Source of the DNA: an uncultured Verrucomicrobiae bacterium
GTDB taxonomy: Bacteria > Verrucomicrobiota > Verrucomicrobiia > Limisphaerales > Palsa-1400
Reading direction: 5' to 3'
Assembly: GCA_963764165.1 (NCBI GenBank)
Contig: CAVXRD010000001.1
Coordinates: forward strand, 1,440,001 to 1,504,000
DNA length: 64,000 nucleotides
In this document: in pieces, positions 39,880 through 48,744 of the stretch
How the letters are laid out: each line of letters begins with the position of its first letter
Numbering within the stretch: position 1 is the stretch's first letter
The notes under the pieces: generated by a model
What the model was told of the DNA's origin: nothing
Seen by the model: only the letters and a program-made list of their open reading frames with translations
Databases searched by the model: none
Translations under genes and position numbers: made by a program

Positions 39880-40137
39880 TTAAACCCGCGCGGCCTTGCT
39901 GGCTTGGACGGCCGGGGGCGCAATGAGGACAGCTTTCTTCGTTTTCAAATATTTCTCGATGGTTGTGATCAGATTGCAGGATATGGGGACGCGAACGGCG
40001 TTGAGCTTGCCCAGTTTGTAATGAACCAGTAATTTGCCAACCATTCCCACTCGAAGCTCGCCCTCGGCCATGCGCCAGATTTGGTCGGCTTGCAAGAGTT
40101 GTGGGCGAATTACCCGAGGGGAATTGACTTTCTTCAT
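39880..40137 (-). CDS. Small basic hypothetical protein
   Basis: Compact ORF containing QIWRM..GEL.VGMVGKLLVHYKL; start uncertain. Confidence 0.55.
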   Translation of the reverse strand: MKKVNSPRVIRPQLLQADQIWRMAEGELRVGMVGKLLVHYKLGKLNAVRVPISCNLITTIEKYLKTKKAVLIAPPAVQASKAARV

Positions 40138-40206
40138 GGTTAACATTACGGCTTGATTTTCAATAAACCCAGCTAATTCGCCGTTTAACGAGCAAAAAGA
40201 GGATTC

Positions 40207-40326
40207 AAACAGGAGTAAGACCGAGAAAACTGAGATGGAAAAACCATCGTTCGGCAAAAAAGGCATTTTACTCAGTGTCGGGCAAAAAGGGCATCTTTCT
40301 CTGTGCTCTCGGTTTTCCTCCTGTTT
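40207..40326. repeat. Inverted repeat pair AACAGGAG..ACCGAGA..AC.GAG, copy 1
   Basis: The right arm's reverse complement, aaattaaacaggaggaaaaccgagagcacagagaaa, is nearly identical to 63106-63142. Confidence 0.75.
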
Positions 40327-40397
40327 AATTTTTCAGTCTTCCCGAAACAACGCAAATTGATTTGATAGCACCCAAACCGTTGCCTAAGCTCCCCGCC

Positions 40398-42329
40398 ATG
40401 TTTGCGATTCTTCGTCCGACTCGAACCTGCGCCTCGCTTCTGGCCGCGATCCTGTTGCTTTCTCCGCTTGCCCGCGCCAAGGACGCGCCCGCCAAATTTG
40501 CCGGCATGGAGGAATTCATCCGCCACTATTCGGCCGATCACGCCAACACCTCGCGATTTTACGACCTGGAATGGTCCGAAGAGCGTTTCACCCGCCTCGA
40601 CAAGCTCTTCAAGGAATGGCAGGAGCGCCTGAAGCAAGTCGATTTCGACGCCCTCGATCAGCAAGGCCGCGTGGATTACCTGCTCATGCGCAACAAGCTC
40701 AACGAGGAGGAGGCAGACCTCAAGCTCAACCGCGTATGGCTCGCGCAAATGACGGAACTTCTGCCCTTCCGCCGCCCGCTGCTCGATTTGGAAATCTCCC
40801 GGCGCCGGATGGAGACTGTCAATTCTGCCGCCAGCGCGGAAGTCATCGGAGGGATCCCGGACCAGATCAAAAAGCTTCGCGCCCGCATCAAGAAAGACAA
40901 GCCGGACGAGCCCGAGAAGTCCAAGAAAGAGGATAAGTCCGATAAGTCGGATGGGTCCAATAAAACGGGCGACAGTGAAAAACCAAAAGCAGACTCCGAC
41001 GAAAAAGACGCCGCCAAATCCGACAAGGACAAAGGTAAAGACAAGGACACCAACGGCCCGCCCATTAAAATCTCGGCAGTTCTCGCGCGCCGCACGGCTG
41101 ACGCGGTGGAAAACTTGCGCGGAACCATGCGCGCGTGGTTCTCATTTTATGACGGCTTCCAGCCAGAATTCTCCTGGTGGCTGAAGAAGCCCAACGACGA
41201 GGCTTCCAAGGCCCTTGATGAATACGCCAAGTTCCTGCGGGAAGACATCGCCGGCTTGAAGGGCAAGGACGAAGACCCGCTGGTCGGCGATCCCATCGGC
41301 GCCGCCGCGCTGGCGGACGAACTTGTGGCCGAGAGCATTCCTTACACGCCGGAGGAACTCATCGCCATTGCGGAAAAGGAATATGCCTGGTGCGAGTCCG
41401 AGTTGAAAAAGAACGCGCGCGAAATGGGCTTCGGCGACGACTGGAAAGCGGCACTCGCCAAGGTGAAGAAGGATTACGTCCCGCCCGGCGAGCAGAACAA
41501 CCTCGTCGCTGAAATCGGACGCGACGCCGTGAAATACGTCACCGAGCACGATCTGGTCACCGTCCCGCCGCTTTGCGACGAAACATGGCGGCTGACCATG
41601 AGCTCGCCCGAAGTGCAAAAGAATCTGCCCTTCGCCGCCTACGGTGGCCAGAACATGATGGTCGCCTATGCCAACGAGGAAATGAAGAACGACGACAAAC
41701 TCATGTCCATGCGCAGCAACAACCGGCATTTCACCCGGATAGTCGTGCCGCATGAATTGATTCCCGGCCACCACTTGCAGGGCTTTGTGGCCGAGCGAAA
41801 TCGCACCTACCGCTCGATCTTTCGCACGCCGTTCCTCGTCGAGGGCTGGGCGCTCTACTGGGAATTGAAGCTATACGATCTCGGTTACGGCGCAACGCCT
41901 GAGGATCGCATGGGAATGCTCTTCTGGCGCACCCACCGCTGCGCCCGCATCATCGTCAGCCTGAAATTCCACCTTGGCCAGATGACGCCGCAGCAAATGA
42001 TCGATTTCCTCGTCGACCGCGTCGGCCACGAACGCTTCGGCGCCACCAGCGAAGTTCGCCGGTTCATCGGCGGCTCGTATTCCCCATTGTATCAATGCGG
42101 CTACATGATTGGCGGCATGGAACTCCGATCCCTCCACCATGAACTCGTTGATTCCGGCAAAATGAAAGAGCGCGAATTCAACGACACCGTGCTCACCTAC
42201 AACGCCATCCCCATCCAAATGATCCGCGACGGCATGGAGAACATCCCGTTAACGCGGGACATGCCCGCCAGTTGGGAATTCGCCGGCCACCATCCCACCT
42301 TTACCCCTGAGCCTGCCTCCAAAAAATAA
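40398..42329 (+). CDS. DUF885 family secreted protein (putative metallopeptidase)
   Basis: HELIPGHHLQ, FLVEGWALYWE, EVRRF..YSPLYQ..YMIG; K/D-rich linker; signal peptide. Confidence 0.87.
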   Translation: MFAILRPTRTCASLLAAILLLSPLARAKDAPAKFAGMEEFIRHYSADHANTSRFYDLEWSEERFTRLDKLFKEWQERLKQVDFDALDQQGRVDYLLMRNKLNEEEADLKLNRVWLAQMTELLPFRRPLLDLEISRRRMETVNSAASAEVIGGIPDQIKKLRARIKKDKPDEPEKSKKEDKSDKSDGSNKTGDSEKPKADSDEKDAAKSDKDKGKDKDTNGPPIKISAVLARRTADAVENLRGTMRAWFSFYDGFQPEFSWWLKKPNDEASKALDEYAKFLREDIAGLKGKDEDPLVGDPIGAAALADELVAESIPYTPEELIAIAEKEYAWCESELKKNAREMGFGDDWKAALAKVKKDYVPPGEQNNLVAEIGRDAVKYVTEHDLVTVPPLCDETWRLTMSSPEVQKNLPFAAYGGQNMMVAYANEEMKNDDKLMSMRSNNRHFTRIVVPHELIPGHHLQGFVAERNRTYRSIFRTPFLVEGWALYWELKLYDLGYGATPEDRMGMLFWRTHRCARIIVSLKFHLGQMTPQQMIDFLVDRVGHERFGATSEVRRFIGGSYSPLYQCGYMIGGMELRSLHHELVDSGKMKEREFNDTVLTYNAIPIQMIRDGMENIPLTRDMPASWEFAGHHPTFTPEPASKK

Positions 42330-42390
42330 CCGGAAAAAAATCTGTGTTGATCTGTGGCTCATCAACGCAGGTGCATCCTGCAAGCCTTGG

Positions 42391-44004
42391 CTATGGCCAG
42401 CGAATGCCATAGAAAATCGCCGGGTCACTTGTATCAGGCTTGGTGGTAAACTGGTAGGTTGTGCCGGAAGTGTTAGTGGCGTGCCCCACGACTGTCCAAT
42501 TGGTGAACGGCACAGATAGGTCCGGAGAGGAAACGACTCTAAATGTTTTACCCGGCACGTTGGTGAACGAAAACTGGCACACTCCATTTCCCTTGAATTT
42601 CAGCCCCGTCAAAATCGGCGGCGTAACGCCTTGTTGGGTGATGGGAATGGATTGCCCCAACAAGCTGATATGCGCCGTTCGCGCGACGTTCGTATTTGCA
42701 GTGAAACTGAAATAAACATAGCCAGCGGCAGTGGATGTAATTTTCAGCCAGGACGAATCGCTCGTCGGAGCGAATGGCGATCCGAGATTAAATGTGGAAG
42801 GTATGACTGGATTCAATTTATCCTGCCCGGCGGTGGCGCTCTCAAACTTGGGTGTAGGGTCTGCATAAACATTGGGTATTTCGTAAACACGCGAGGTGGA
42901 GTAGTCCACCAAGTAGATGTTATTGGCCGAATCCAGAGCGATGGAAGACGGTTCGACGTACTGTCCAGCCAAATTAGTGGTGGTTCCCGTGGCCGCGCTC
43001 CACTTAAGCAGCACGCCCAACCCCCGATCTCCAATATAAGCATTGCCAGAGCCATCAATGGCAATGGCGCTTGGAATCGACCCTGTTGCAAGAATCGTCT
43101 TCATGTTGGTTTCGTACGGCATGTAGACGGGATTCGGATTCCACTTGTAGGACGCAGCGGGTGTCCTTAGGCCAACCTGCGCGTCTGAAACGTAGAAATT
43201 CCCGAGTATGTCAACCGCAACACCCGTTGGGTATCCTGTTGGTGTCGGCGCCGCGAAAAACCCTCCGGATCCATTCCATTCCTTGACGGCGCCGCCGGCA
43301 TAATCCGCAACGTAAACAATATTCGACCAATCCATAAACATACTGCTCGGATTGCTAAGAGTGGTTGCCAGAAGATTGGAAACTTGCCCCGTGGTTATCG
43401 TATATCTGTAAAGACTGTAGGAACTTAGCGTGCTGGATTGGAGAAAGATCGGATTTTGGGTGTTGTCCATCGTCAAGGCAAATATTCCGTAATAATTGTT
43501 TAACAAAACGTTTGTGGCCCCGGTGCTTCGAGACCATCTGATCAAATTGTAGTAATTCCCAGTGTCATTATTTGCGATAAAAGCATTGCCAGAAGAGTCC
43601 ACTGTAACCGCCCAAGCCAAAGAGTTTGGATAAAGCTCGGTGGTAGGATTTGCATAAACATAATTTGACCCCGCTTGTGTGACGGTGACGTTTGTTCCTT
43701 GAATTGTGAGCGTTCCCGTTCGGGTTGGTCCCGCATTCGTGTCAAAGCTGAAAATGACATTGGTTCCGCCTATTCCGTTCGTGAAATTCGGGCTCAAATG
43801 AAGCCACGTTGCGCCAGCGATGGCGGTCCAAGTGTTTGTGTTTGGGTAGACTGCCAGCGTAACGCTGTCACTGCCTGCGGCTTTTCCTTCCAGGAGAGAG
43901 GTTGTTGCCAGCTTGTAAATCGGAGTTTGCGCCACTGCCGCAACCGCGGTTAAAAGCGCGTACGTGACGTAAAGTATGCTGCGGAGGATATATCGGCTTT
44001 TCAT
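42391..44004 (-). CDS. Secreted BACON-domain / NHL-repeat protein with C-terminal beta domain
   Basis: Two BACON-like units (WTA...WL...N.G..RTG.LTI.G..V.VTQ); NHL-like GVAVDILGNFYVSD and IAIDGSGNAYIGD; lower GC. Confidence 0.75.
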   Translation of the reverse strand: MKSRYILRSILYVTYALLTAVAAVAQTPIYKLATTSLLEGKAAGSDSVTLAVYPNTNTWTAIAGATWLHLSPNFTNGIGGTNVIFSFDTNAGPTRTGTLTIQGTNVTVTQAGSNYVYANPTTELYPNSLAWAVTVDSSGNAFIANNDTGNYYNLIRWSRSTGATNVLLNNYYGIFALTMDNTQNPIFLQSSTLSSYSLYRYTITTGQVSNLLATTLSNPSSMFMDWSNIVYVADYAGGAVKEWNGSGGFFAAPTPTGYPTGVAVDILGNFYVSDAQVGLRTPAASYKWNPNPVYMPYETNMKTILATGSIPSAIAIDGSGNAYIGDRGLGVLLKWSAATGTTTNLAGQYVEPSSIALDSANNIYLVDYSTSRVYEIPNVYADPTPKFESATAGQDKLNPVIPSTFNLGSPFAPTSDSSWLKITSTAAGYVYFSFTANTNVARTAHISLLGQSIPITQQGVTPPILTGLKFKGNGVCQFSFTNVPGKTFRVVSSPDLSVPFTNWTVVGHATNTSGTTYQFTTKPDTSDPAIFYGIRWP

Positions 44005-44075
44005 TGACGGCTGCAGAACGTGACAGCGCTGCCGACTAGCGTCAAGCCTAATTGCGCAAAATGTATGATTTATTA

Positions 44076-44239
44076 GAGCGTGTTTTGAAAATAGCGTGGG
44101 TAAGGGATTGCGAGCGCGGCGGGCGGATGGCGAGGCGCGACGAAGGAGAATATCCCTCGTGGATCTTCGACTGAGGAGCAACGAAGCCAGCCGCCCCGCC
44201 CCGCCGCAAGATCGCCCAAGCTATTTTCAAAACACGCTC
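44076..44239. mobile_element. MITE copy 1, 164 bp, TTA target duplication (IS5-like, non-autonomous)
   Basis: TIR gagcgtgttttgaaaatagc ... gctattttcaaaacacgctc; TTA at 44073-44075 and 44240-44242; second copy at 63269-63469. Confidence 0.9.
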
Positions 44240-44334
44240 TTAGTTCCTAGCTTTCGCGCGCAAGCTCGGTCCAAGTGCATCGGCAACTCTTGGGGATCGC
44301 ACCAAGACTGGACTGCGGTTGCCGAAAAGGACGT

Positions 44335-44760
44335 TTACGGCGTCCTTAAGATGCGTATGACATCCGAACCGAATTGGCCATAGTGTCTCAGGTTCCAACT
44401 GTAGAGCGTCTTCGCTTTTGACTTGAGGGCGCAGCTTGCCAGCAGCGCGTCATAGATCGCACCGCCGATAATTCCGATGGCGGAATATCGCTCCAGCATG
44501 GCTGCATATTCCTTGTCCTCCAAGGCGACAATGGTGAGGCGCTTGCGAATGTCATCGATAAACAGCATGCACTGTTCCGCGTTGACGCGGTGCTTGCCGG
44601 GCATTCGGGTCAGGGTCGAATACACCTCCACTAAACTATGCGCGCCGCATGAGCCAGTCTCCTTGTTCAATCCCGCAAACAGGTCAAGGCTCGCACTGTG
44701 GTGGGGATGGTCGCCGTAGAAGACTGGCACGAGCGCGGAGGTATCCAGGAATGCCTTCAT
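44335..44760 (-). CDS. vapC: VapC-family PIN domain toxin
   Basis: FLDTSALV, HSLVEVYSTLTR, YDALLA, SWNLRHY. Confidence 0.88.
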   Translation of the reverse strand: MKAFLDTSALVPVFYGDHPHHSASLDLFAGLNKETGSCGAHSLVEVYSTLTRMPGKHRVNAEQCMLFIDDIRKRLTIVALEDKEYAAMLERYSAIGIIGGAIYDALLASCALKSKAKTLYSWNLRHYGQFGSDVIRILRTP

Positions 44761-45032
44761 TCGACTTCGCCAAGATTCTGCGAGTCGCGTTGATCTCGGA
44801 CATCCTTGAGCACCTGGTCAACGGTGGCGGTGGACAAGGGTTGGCCGGTGCGGAACACCCACACGCCTTTTTCCTTGGCGAGCGGCGCAGTGTTTCGAAT
44901 GGGGCGCAGGGTGATTTCATCGCCCGCGCTTTCCATTTCCAGCGTGTCGCCCGGGGAGAGGTCCAGCGCCTTCCGCAGCGGTTTGGGCAGCGATACGCGG
45001 CCCGCTCCGTCAATGGTCAATCGAGTTGTCAT
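44757..45032 (-). CDS. AbrB/MazE-type antitoxin
   Basis: IDGAGRVSLPKPLRKALDLSPGD; ATGA overlap with the toxin gene. Confidence 0.9.
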   Translation of the reverse strand: MTTRLTIDGAGRVSLPKPLRKALDLSPGDTLEMESAGDEITLRPIRNTAPLAKEKGVWVFRTGQPLSTATVDQVLKDVRDQRDSQNLGEVE

Positions 45033-45067
45033 AATGGGATATTACAATGGTTCATCCCATTTTGCAA
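45033..45067 (-). promoter_or_regulatory. Leaderless TA promoter with overlapping operator palindrome
   Basis: TTGCAA-17-TAATAT-6-ATG; inverted repeat AATGGGAT-N13-ATCCCATT (45033-45061). Confidence 0.75.
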
Positions 45068-45175
45068 CGCCGCAAGGACGCAGCGGAATTACTTTCGCTG
45101 TGTTTGCCAGTTGACGCGCGGCCGATTTTTCCGCGAACATGGTCGCCGGCTTTGCTTTGTGGAAAACCTGCTCTT

Positions 45176-46855
45176 ATGAATAAATTGTGTTTGAAGTTCT
45201 CGCTGGGCGTGCTGCTGCTTGTCACGCTCGTATCTCCACTCCCCGCCGAACCGGCTGCGGGCGGAACCAACAAGGAGGATGCAAAGGTCGAGGCTAAAGG
45301 CGATGGCAAGTTTTTTGAGGAACCTGCTCTTTCAGTGACTTCCCACACCATTACCGCCGGGGGCAAGCTGCTGAAATATCACGCCACCGCTGGCTATATC
45401 GTTCTCAAAGAAGAAGAGGGCAAACCGCTGGTGCCAGGTTCTGGCCAGAAACCGGCTCCCGAGGCCAAGTCTGATAAGTCAGGGGACGAGCCGGGCAAAA
45501 CCAAGGACGGACTCAAGCCCAAAGCGAAGGTCTTCTTTGTCGCCTACACCCTCGACGATGTGGCCGACCCATCGACTCGCCCGTTGATGTTTGCCTTTAA
45601 CGGCGGCCCCGGCTCTTCCTCGGTCTGGCTGCATATGGCCTCGATTGCGCCCCGGCGCGCGGCGCTCACCGACGAGGGCGAAGCTCCGCCGCCGCCTTAC
45701 GGGCTGACGGATAATGAATCCACCTGGCTTGATCAATCCGACTTGGTATTTATAGACCCGGTTTCCACCGGCTACAGCCGCCCAGTGACGAAGGAGGACG
45801 CAGGCCAATTTCACGGATTGAAGGAAGATATCGCCAGTGTCGGCGATTTTATCCGGCTCTACACCTCGCGCAATTCGCGCTGGCTTTCGCCAAAGTTTAT
45901 TTTGGGAGAAAGTTACGGCACCACCCGCGCGGCCGGCTTATCGGACTACTTGCAAAATCGCTATGGCCTTTACTTCAATGGGATCATACTTGTCTCCTCG
46001 GTGCTCAATTTTCAGGCCATTGAATTTTCTCCGCAGAACAACGATCCCTATGTTTATTTCCTGCCGAGCTATGCGGCGAGCGCATGGTATCACAAAAAAC
46101 TTCCGGCGGACCTTCAAGCCAGGAGCGTTGCAGACGTCGTCGCGGATGCGCGGGCCTTCGCGTCTGGCGATTACGCCACCGCTCTCGGGCGGGGCGATTT
46201 GCTATCGGCGGCAGACAAGACGCGCATTGCCGGCCAGTTGAGCCGTTTCACCGGCCTGCCTTCGGGCGACATTTTGCAATGGAAGCTTCGCGTTCAGGAC
46301 AGCCAGTTCTTTACGCATCTCCTCTGGGCCGAGGGGAAAATGCTGGGGCGGTTCGATGCGCGTTTCAGCGGCTCCCGCTACCAGCCTGGAACTGACATGG
46401 GGGACGATTACGACCCGAGCGACGAAGCTGTCAACGGCCCGCTTTCCGCCGCCTTCAACGATTACGTCCGGCGCGAACTCAAGTTCGAGAGTGATATTCC
46501 TTACGAGCTGATGACCGATGTCAGCCCATGGAACTTCGGCGATGCCGGGAATGGCTTTCCCAACACAGTCGAGGATCTTAGGAAAGCCATGACCCGCAAT
46601 CCATACCTTAAAGTTTGGGTTACTTGCAGCTACTACGATCTAGCCACGCCCTTATTTGGCGCCGAAAGCGTCGTCGCCGCGATGAACCTTGATCCGGCCA
46701 TCCGCGCCAATTTGCGGTTTTCCTACTACGAGTCCGGGCACATGCTCTACATCCACAAACCGTCTCGTGTGAAGTTCAAGGCCGATTTCGACTCATTTCT
46801 CAACGACGCCATCCATCAGCAGCCGGTCCATAGCGCCGCCCGCGGGGGGCAATGA
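45176..46855 (+). CDS. Peptidase S10 serine carboxypeptidase, secreted
   Basis: FNGGPGSSS, FIDPVSTGYS, GESYG, YYDLATP, YESGHMLY. Confidence 0.92.
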   Translation: MNKLCLKFSLGVLLLVTLVSPLPAEPAAGGTNKEDAKVEAKGDGKFFEEPALSVTSHTITAGGKLLKYHATAGYIVLKEEEGKPLVPGSGQKPAPEAKSDKSGDEPGKTKDGLKPKAKVFFVAYTLDDVADPSTRPLMFAFNGGPGSSSVWLHMASIAPRRAALTDEGEAPPPPYGLTDNESTWLDQSDLVFIDPVSTGYSRPVTKEDAGQFHGLKEDIASVGDFIRLYTSRNSRWLSPKFILGESYGTTRAAGLSDYLQNRYGLYFNGIILVSSVLNFQAIEFSPQNNDPYVYFLPSYAASAWYHKKLPADLQARSVADVVADARAFASGDYATALGRGDLLSAADKTRIAGQLSRFTGLPSGDILQWKLRVQDSQFFTHLLWAEGKMLGRFDARFSGSRYQPGTDMGDDYDPSDEAVNGPLSAAFNDYVRRELKFESDIPYELMTDVSPWNFGDAGNGFPNTVEDLRKAMTRNPYLKVWVTCSYYDLATPLFGAESVVAAMNLDPAIRANLRFSYYESGHMLYIHKPSRVKFKADFDSFLNDAIHQQPVHSAARGGQ

Positions 46856-47043
46856 TTTCCGTTGCGTTCGTGGCACGCATTTTCAGTTGGCAGCATCTGG
46901 TTTGGCCCGGGCGAGCCTATCGCTCGTAAATAAAGGAAACCACTTTTATTTAATTTGTCCGTAACTAAAAGAAGCGTCATTGCTTTAATATATGAAAGAC
47001 AAGCGACGCATCGGCGAAACATTCAAGCACTGATAGGCAGCGG

Positions 47044-47229
47044 GTGTCGGACACCGGCAACGCGGTCAAAGGAAGCGGCCTGACGCCGCCAACCGCCATC
47101 AACGCCTTTGAGCAACTGGAAAAGCTGCGCATCGTCCGTGAAACAACCCGCCGCGAAAGAAAGCGCATGTACGCCTACGTTGCGTATCTTGATCTGCTAG
47201 GCCAGTGCGCGGAGCCGTGGGAGAATTGA
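47044..47229 (+). pseudogene. Remnant C-terminal winged HTH of a Fic-family protein
   Basis: SGLTPPTA..A..QL..L.IVRE.T.R.R.RMYAY..YL.LL resembles Fic C-termini; no Fic core upstream. Confidence 0.55.
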
Positions 47230-47565
47230 GACCTTTCAATGAGTTCGTGGCCTTTGCGCGCAAGCTGAGTCCGAGCGCTTCGGCAACTTTCAGGATTGTG
47301 CCAAAGCTGGGACTGCGGTCTCAGGAAAGAGCCTTGTAGAGGCTTTCACGCGACAGTCCCGTATCGCGCACCACGCGTGCCGTGCCTTTGGCGCGCGCAA
47401 TATCGCCAATCGCCTTGGCAATTAAAGCCGCGTCTCCGTTGGCCTCTTCGAAGCACGCTTCGAGATAAGCCTCTGTTTCCCGGGGGGCTCTGAGGTGTTC
47501 CGACGCGTCGTAACGAGTGGTAACAGTTTTTTCATATCCATTCCTGAAGGTCGCACGGGCCGTTC

Positions 47566-48738
47566 TTATTTAAGCACAAGAATCTTTTTGACAGCGCCTG
47601 ACCCGAGATCGACTTCCACGCCGATAAGGTGGAGATCGGCGGCCCATGTAAATGCGCATCGAGGCACCACGGTGCCCTTTGGCGCTTTGGGTCTTGAGAC
47701 CAATGGTGTTCCTCTCAGGGTAATAGAAGGATCAAATTTGTGGACGCAGTCCTTCGCGATTTTTTTGGCACGCGATTCGGATAGATTCATCTTGCCTTCA
47801 AACGCGCCAAAATCACTTTCTCTTTTGCTTCCAAAATACATGTCGGGCGCCTGAAAACCTGTGATTGTGAGATTAGTCGCGTTCCCAATGAATGTTATTA
47901 CATTGCCTTTAGTCATCACCGCCTTTCCGGCAAACGAGTCCCCGCCGGTGCTCTTAAGCTCTACAACCTCCACGCCTTCAGCATCGCTGTTTGGGAGCGG
48001 CAACCGCGGTATCGCTTCGCGAGCGGCGGACAACGCCTTCTTGAGAATCGCTTCCTTTTCCGGGCCGTTAATAATGGAAGGCGCGGACAACATCTCTCTT
48101 TGCGGTGGGGATTCGAGATTCCACAGGGTGGAGTTATTGCCAATGGAAAGGCTTCGGATGGCGGCTATGACGCGTGGATCGGCGCGTGGGTCCGGCCGCG
48201 ATCTAATGCCAAATTCCGTGGGCGAGCCGTCAAACGAAATATCAAAAACAACGCGATTGGTGTAATCCGCGGGCATATCAAGCGAGAACGTCCTCATTAG
48301 CGGCGTATTAAGCCAGCCCATGCTCGAGGAATATGTCGAGAGAACACCCCGATAGATTCGTTCGCCTGAAGCTTCTAAAACGAAGGAAGTATCCGCCCAT
48401 TGGAACTCATAGGCAGAAATTCCATCACGGTGCAATTGCGGTTGCTCAATTCTCAGTGCTTTCATTAGCTTCTTGCTCAAGCGCCTCGCTCCCTCCGCGC
48501 TAATTGCAATTTGGTGAGTATTGGTGTTGTAGGCCGCAAAATCGCCATCGGAAAGTATTGGATCTGGTTCTAGCTGATCCTCTTCCAACTTCGGTGTTCG
48601 TTTTCCAACTAACAAATAGATTGCCAGTTTATTCGTCGGTACAGATGAAGGCTGTGAAATGGTAATTGTCTGAGCGGACATCAGGCCCCCTGTCAATATG
48701 ACAATCAAAACGACGTAAACCGAGAACACGCCCTTCAT
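47566..48738 (-). CDS. Hypothetical secreted protein
   Basis: 390-aa ORF, N-terminal hydrophobic signal, lower GC, 6 bp after the transglutaminase stop. Confidence 0.7.
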   Translation of the reverse strand: MKGVFSVYVVLIVILTGGLMSAQTITISQPSSVPTNKLAIYLLVGKRTPKLEEDQLEPDPILSDGDFAAYNTNTHQIAISAEGARRLSKKLMKALRIEQPQLHRDGISAYEFQWADTSFVLEASGERIYRGVLSTYSSSMGWLNTPLMRTFSLDMPADYTNRVVFDISFDGSPTEFGIRSRPDPRADPRVIAAIRSLSIGNNSTLWNLESPPQREMLSAPSIINGPEKEAILKKALSAAREAIPRLPLPNSDAEGVEVVELKSTGGDSFAGKAVMTKGNVITFIGNATNLTITGFQAPDMYFGSKRESDFGAFEGKMNLSESRAKKIAKDCVHKFDPSITLRGTPLVSRPKAPKGTVVPRCAFTWAADLHLIGVEVDLGSGAVKKILVLK

Positions 48739-48744
48739 AGTGGC

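Noticed and set aside
40890..41050. Repetitive GACAAG-rich stretch in the DUF885 gene
   Set aside because: Explained by a Lys/Asp-rich low-complexity protein linker.
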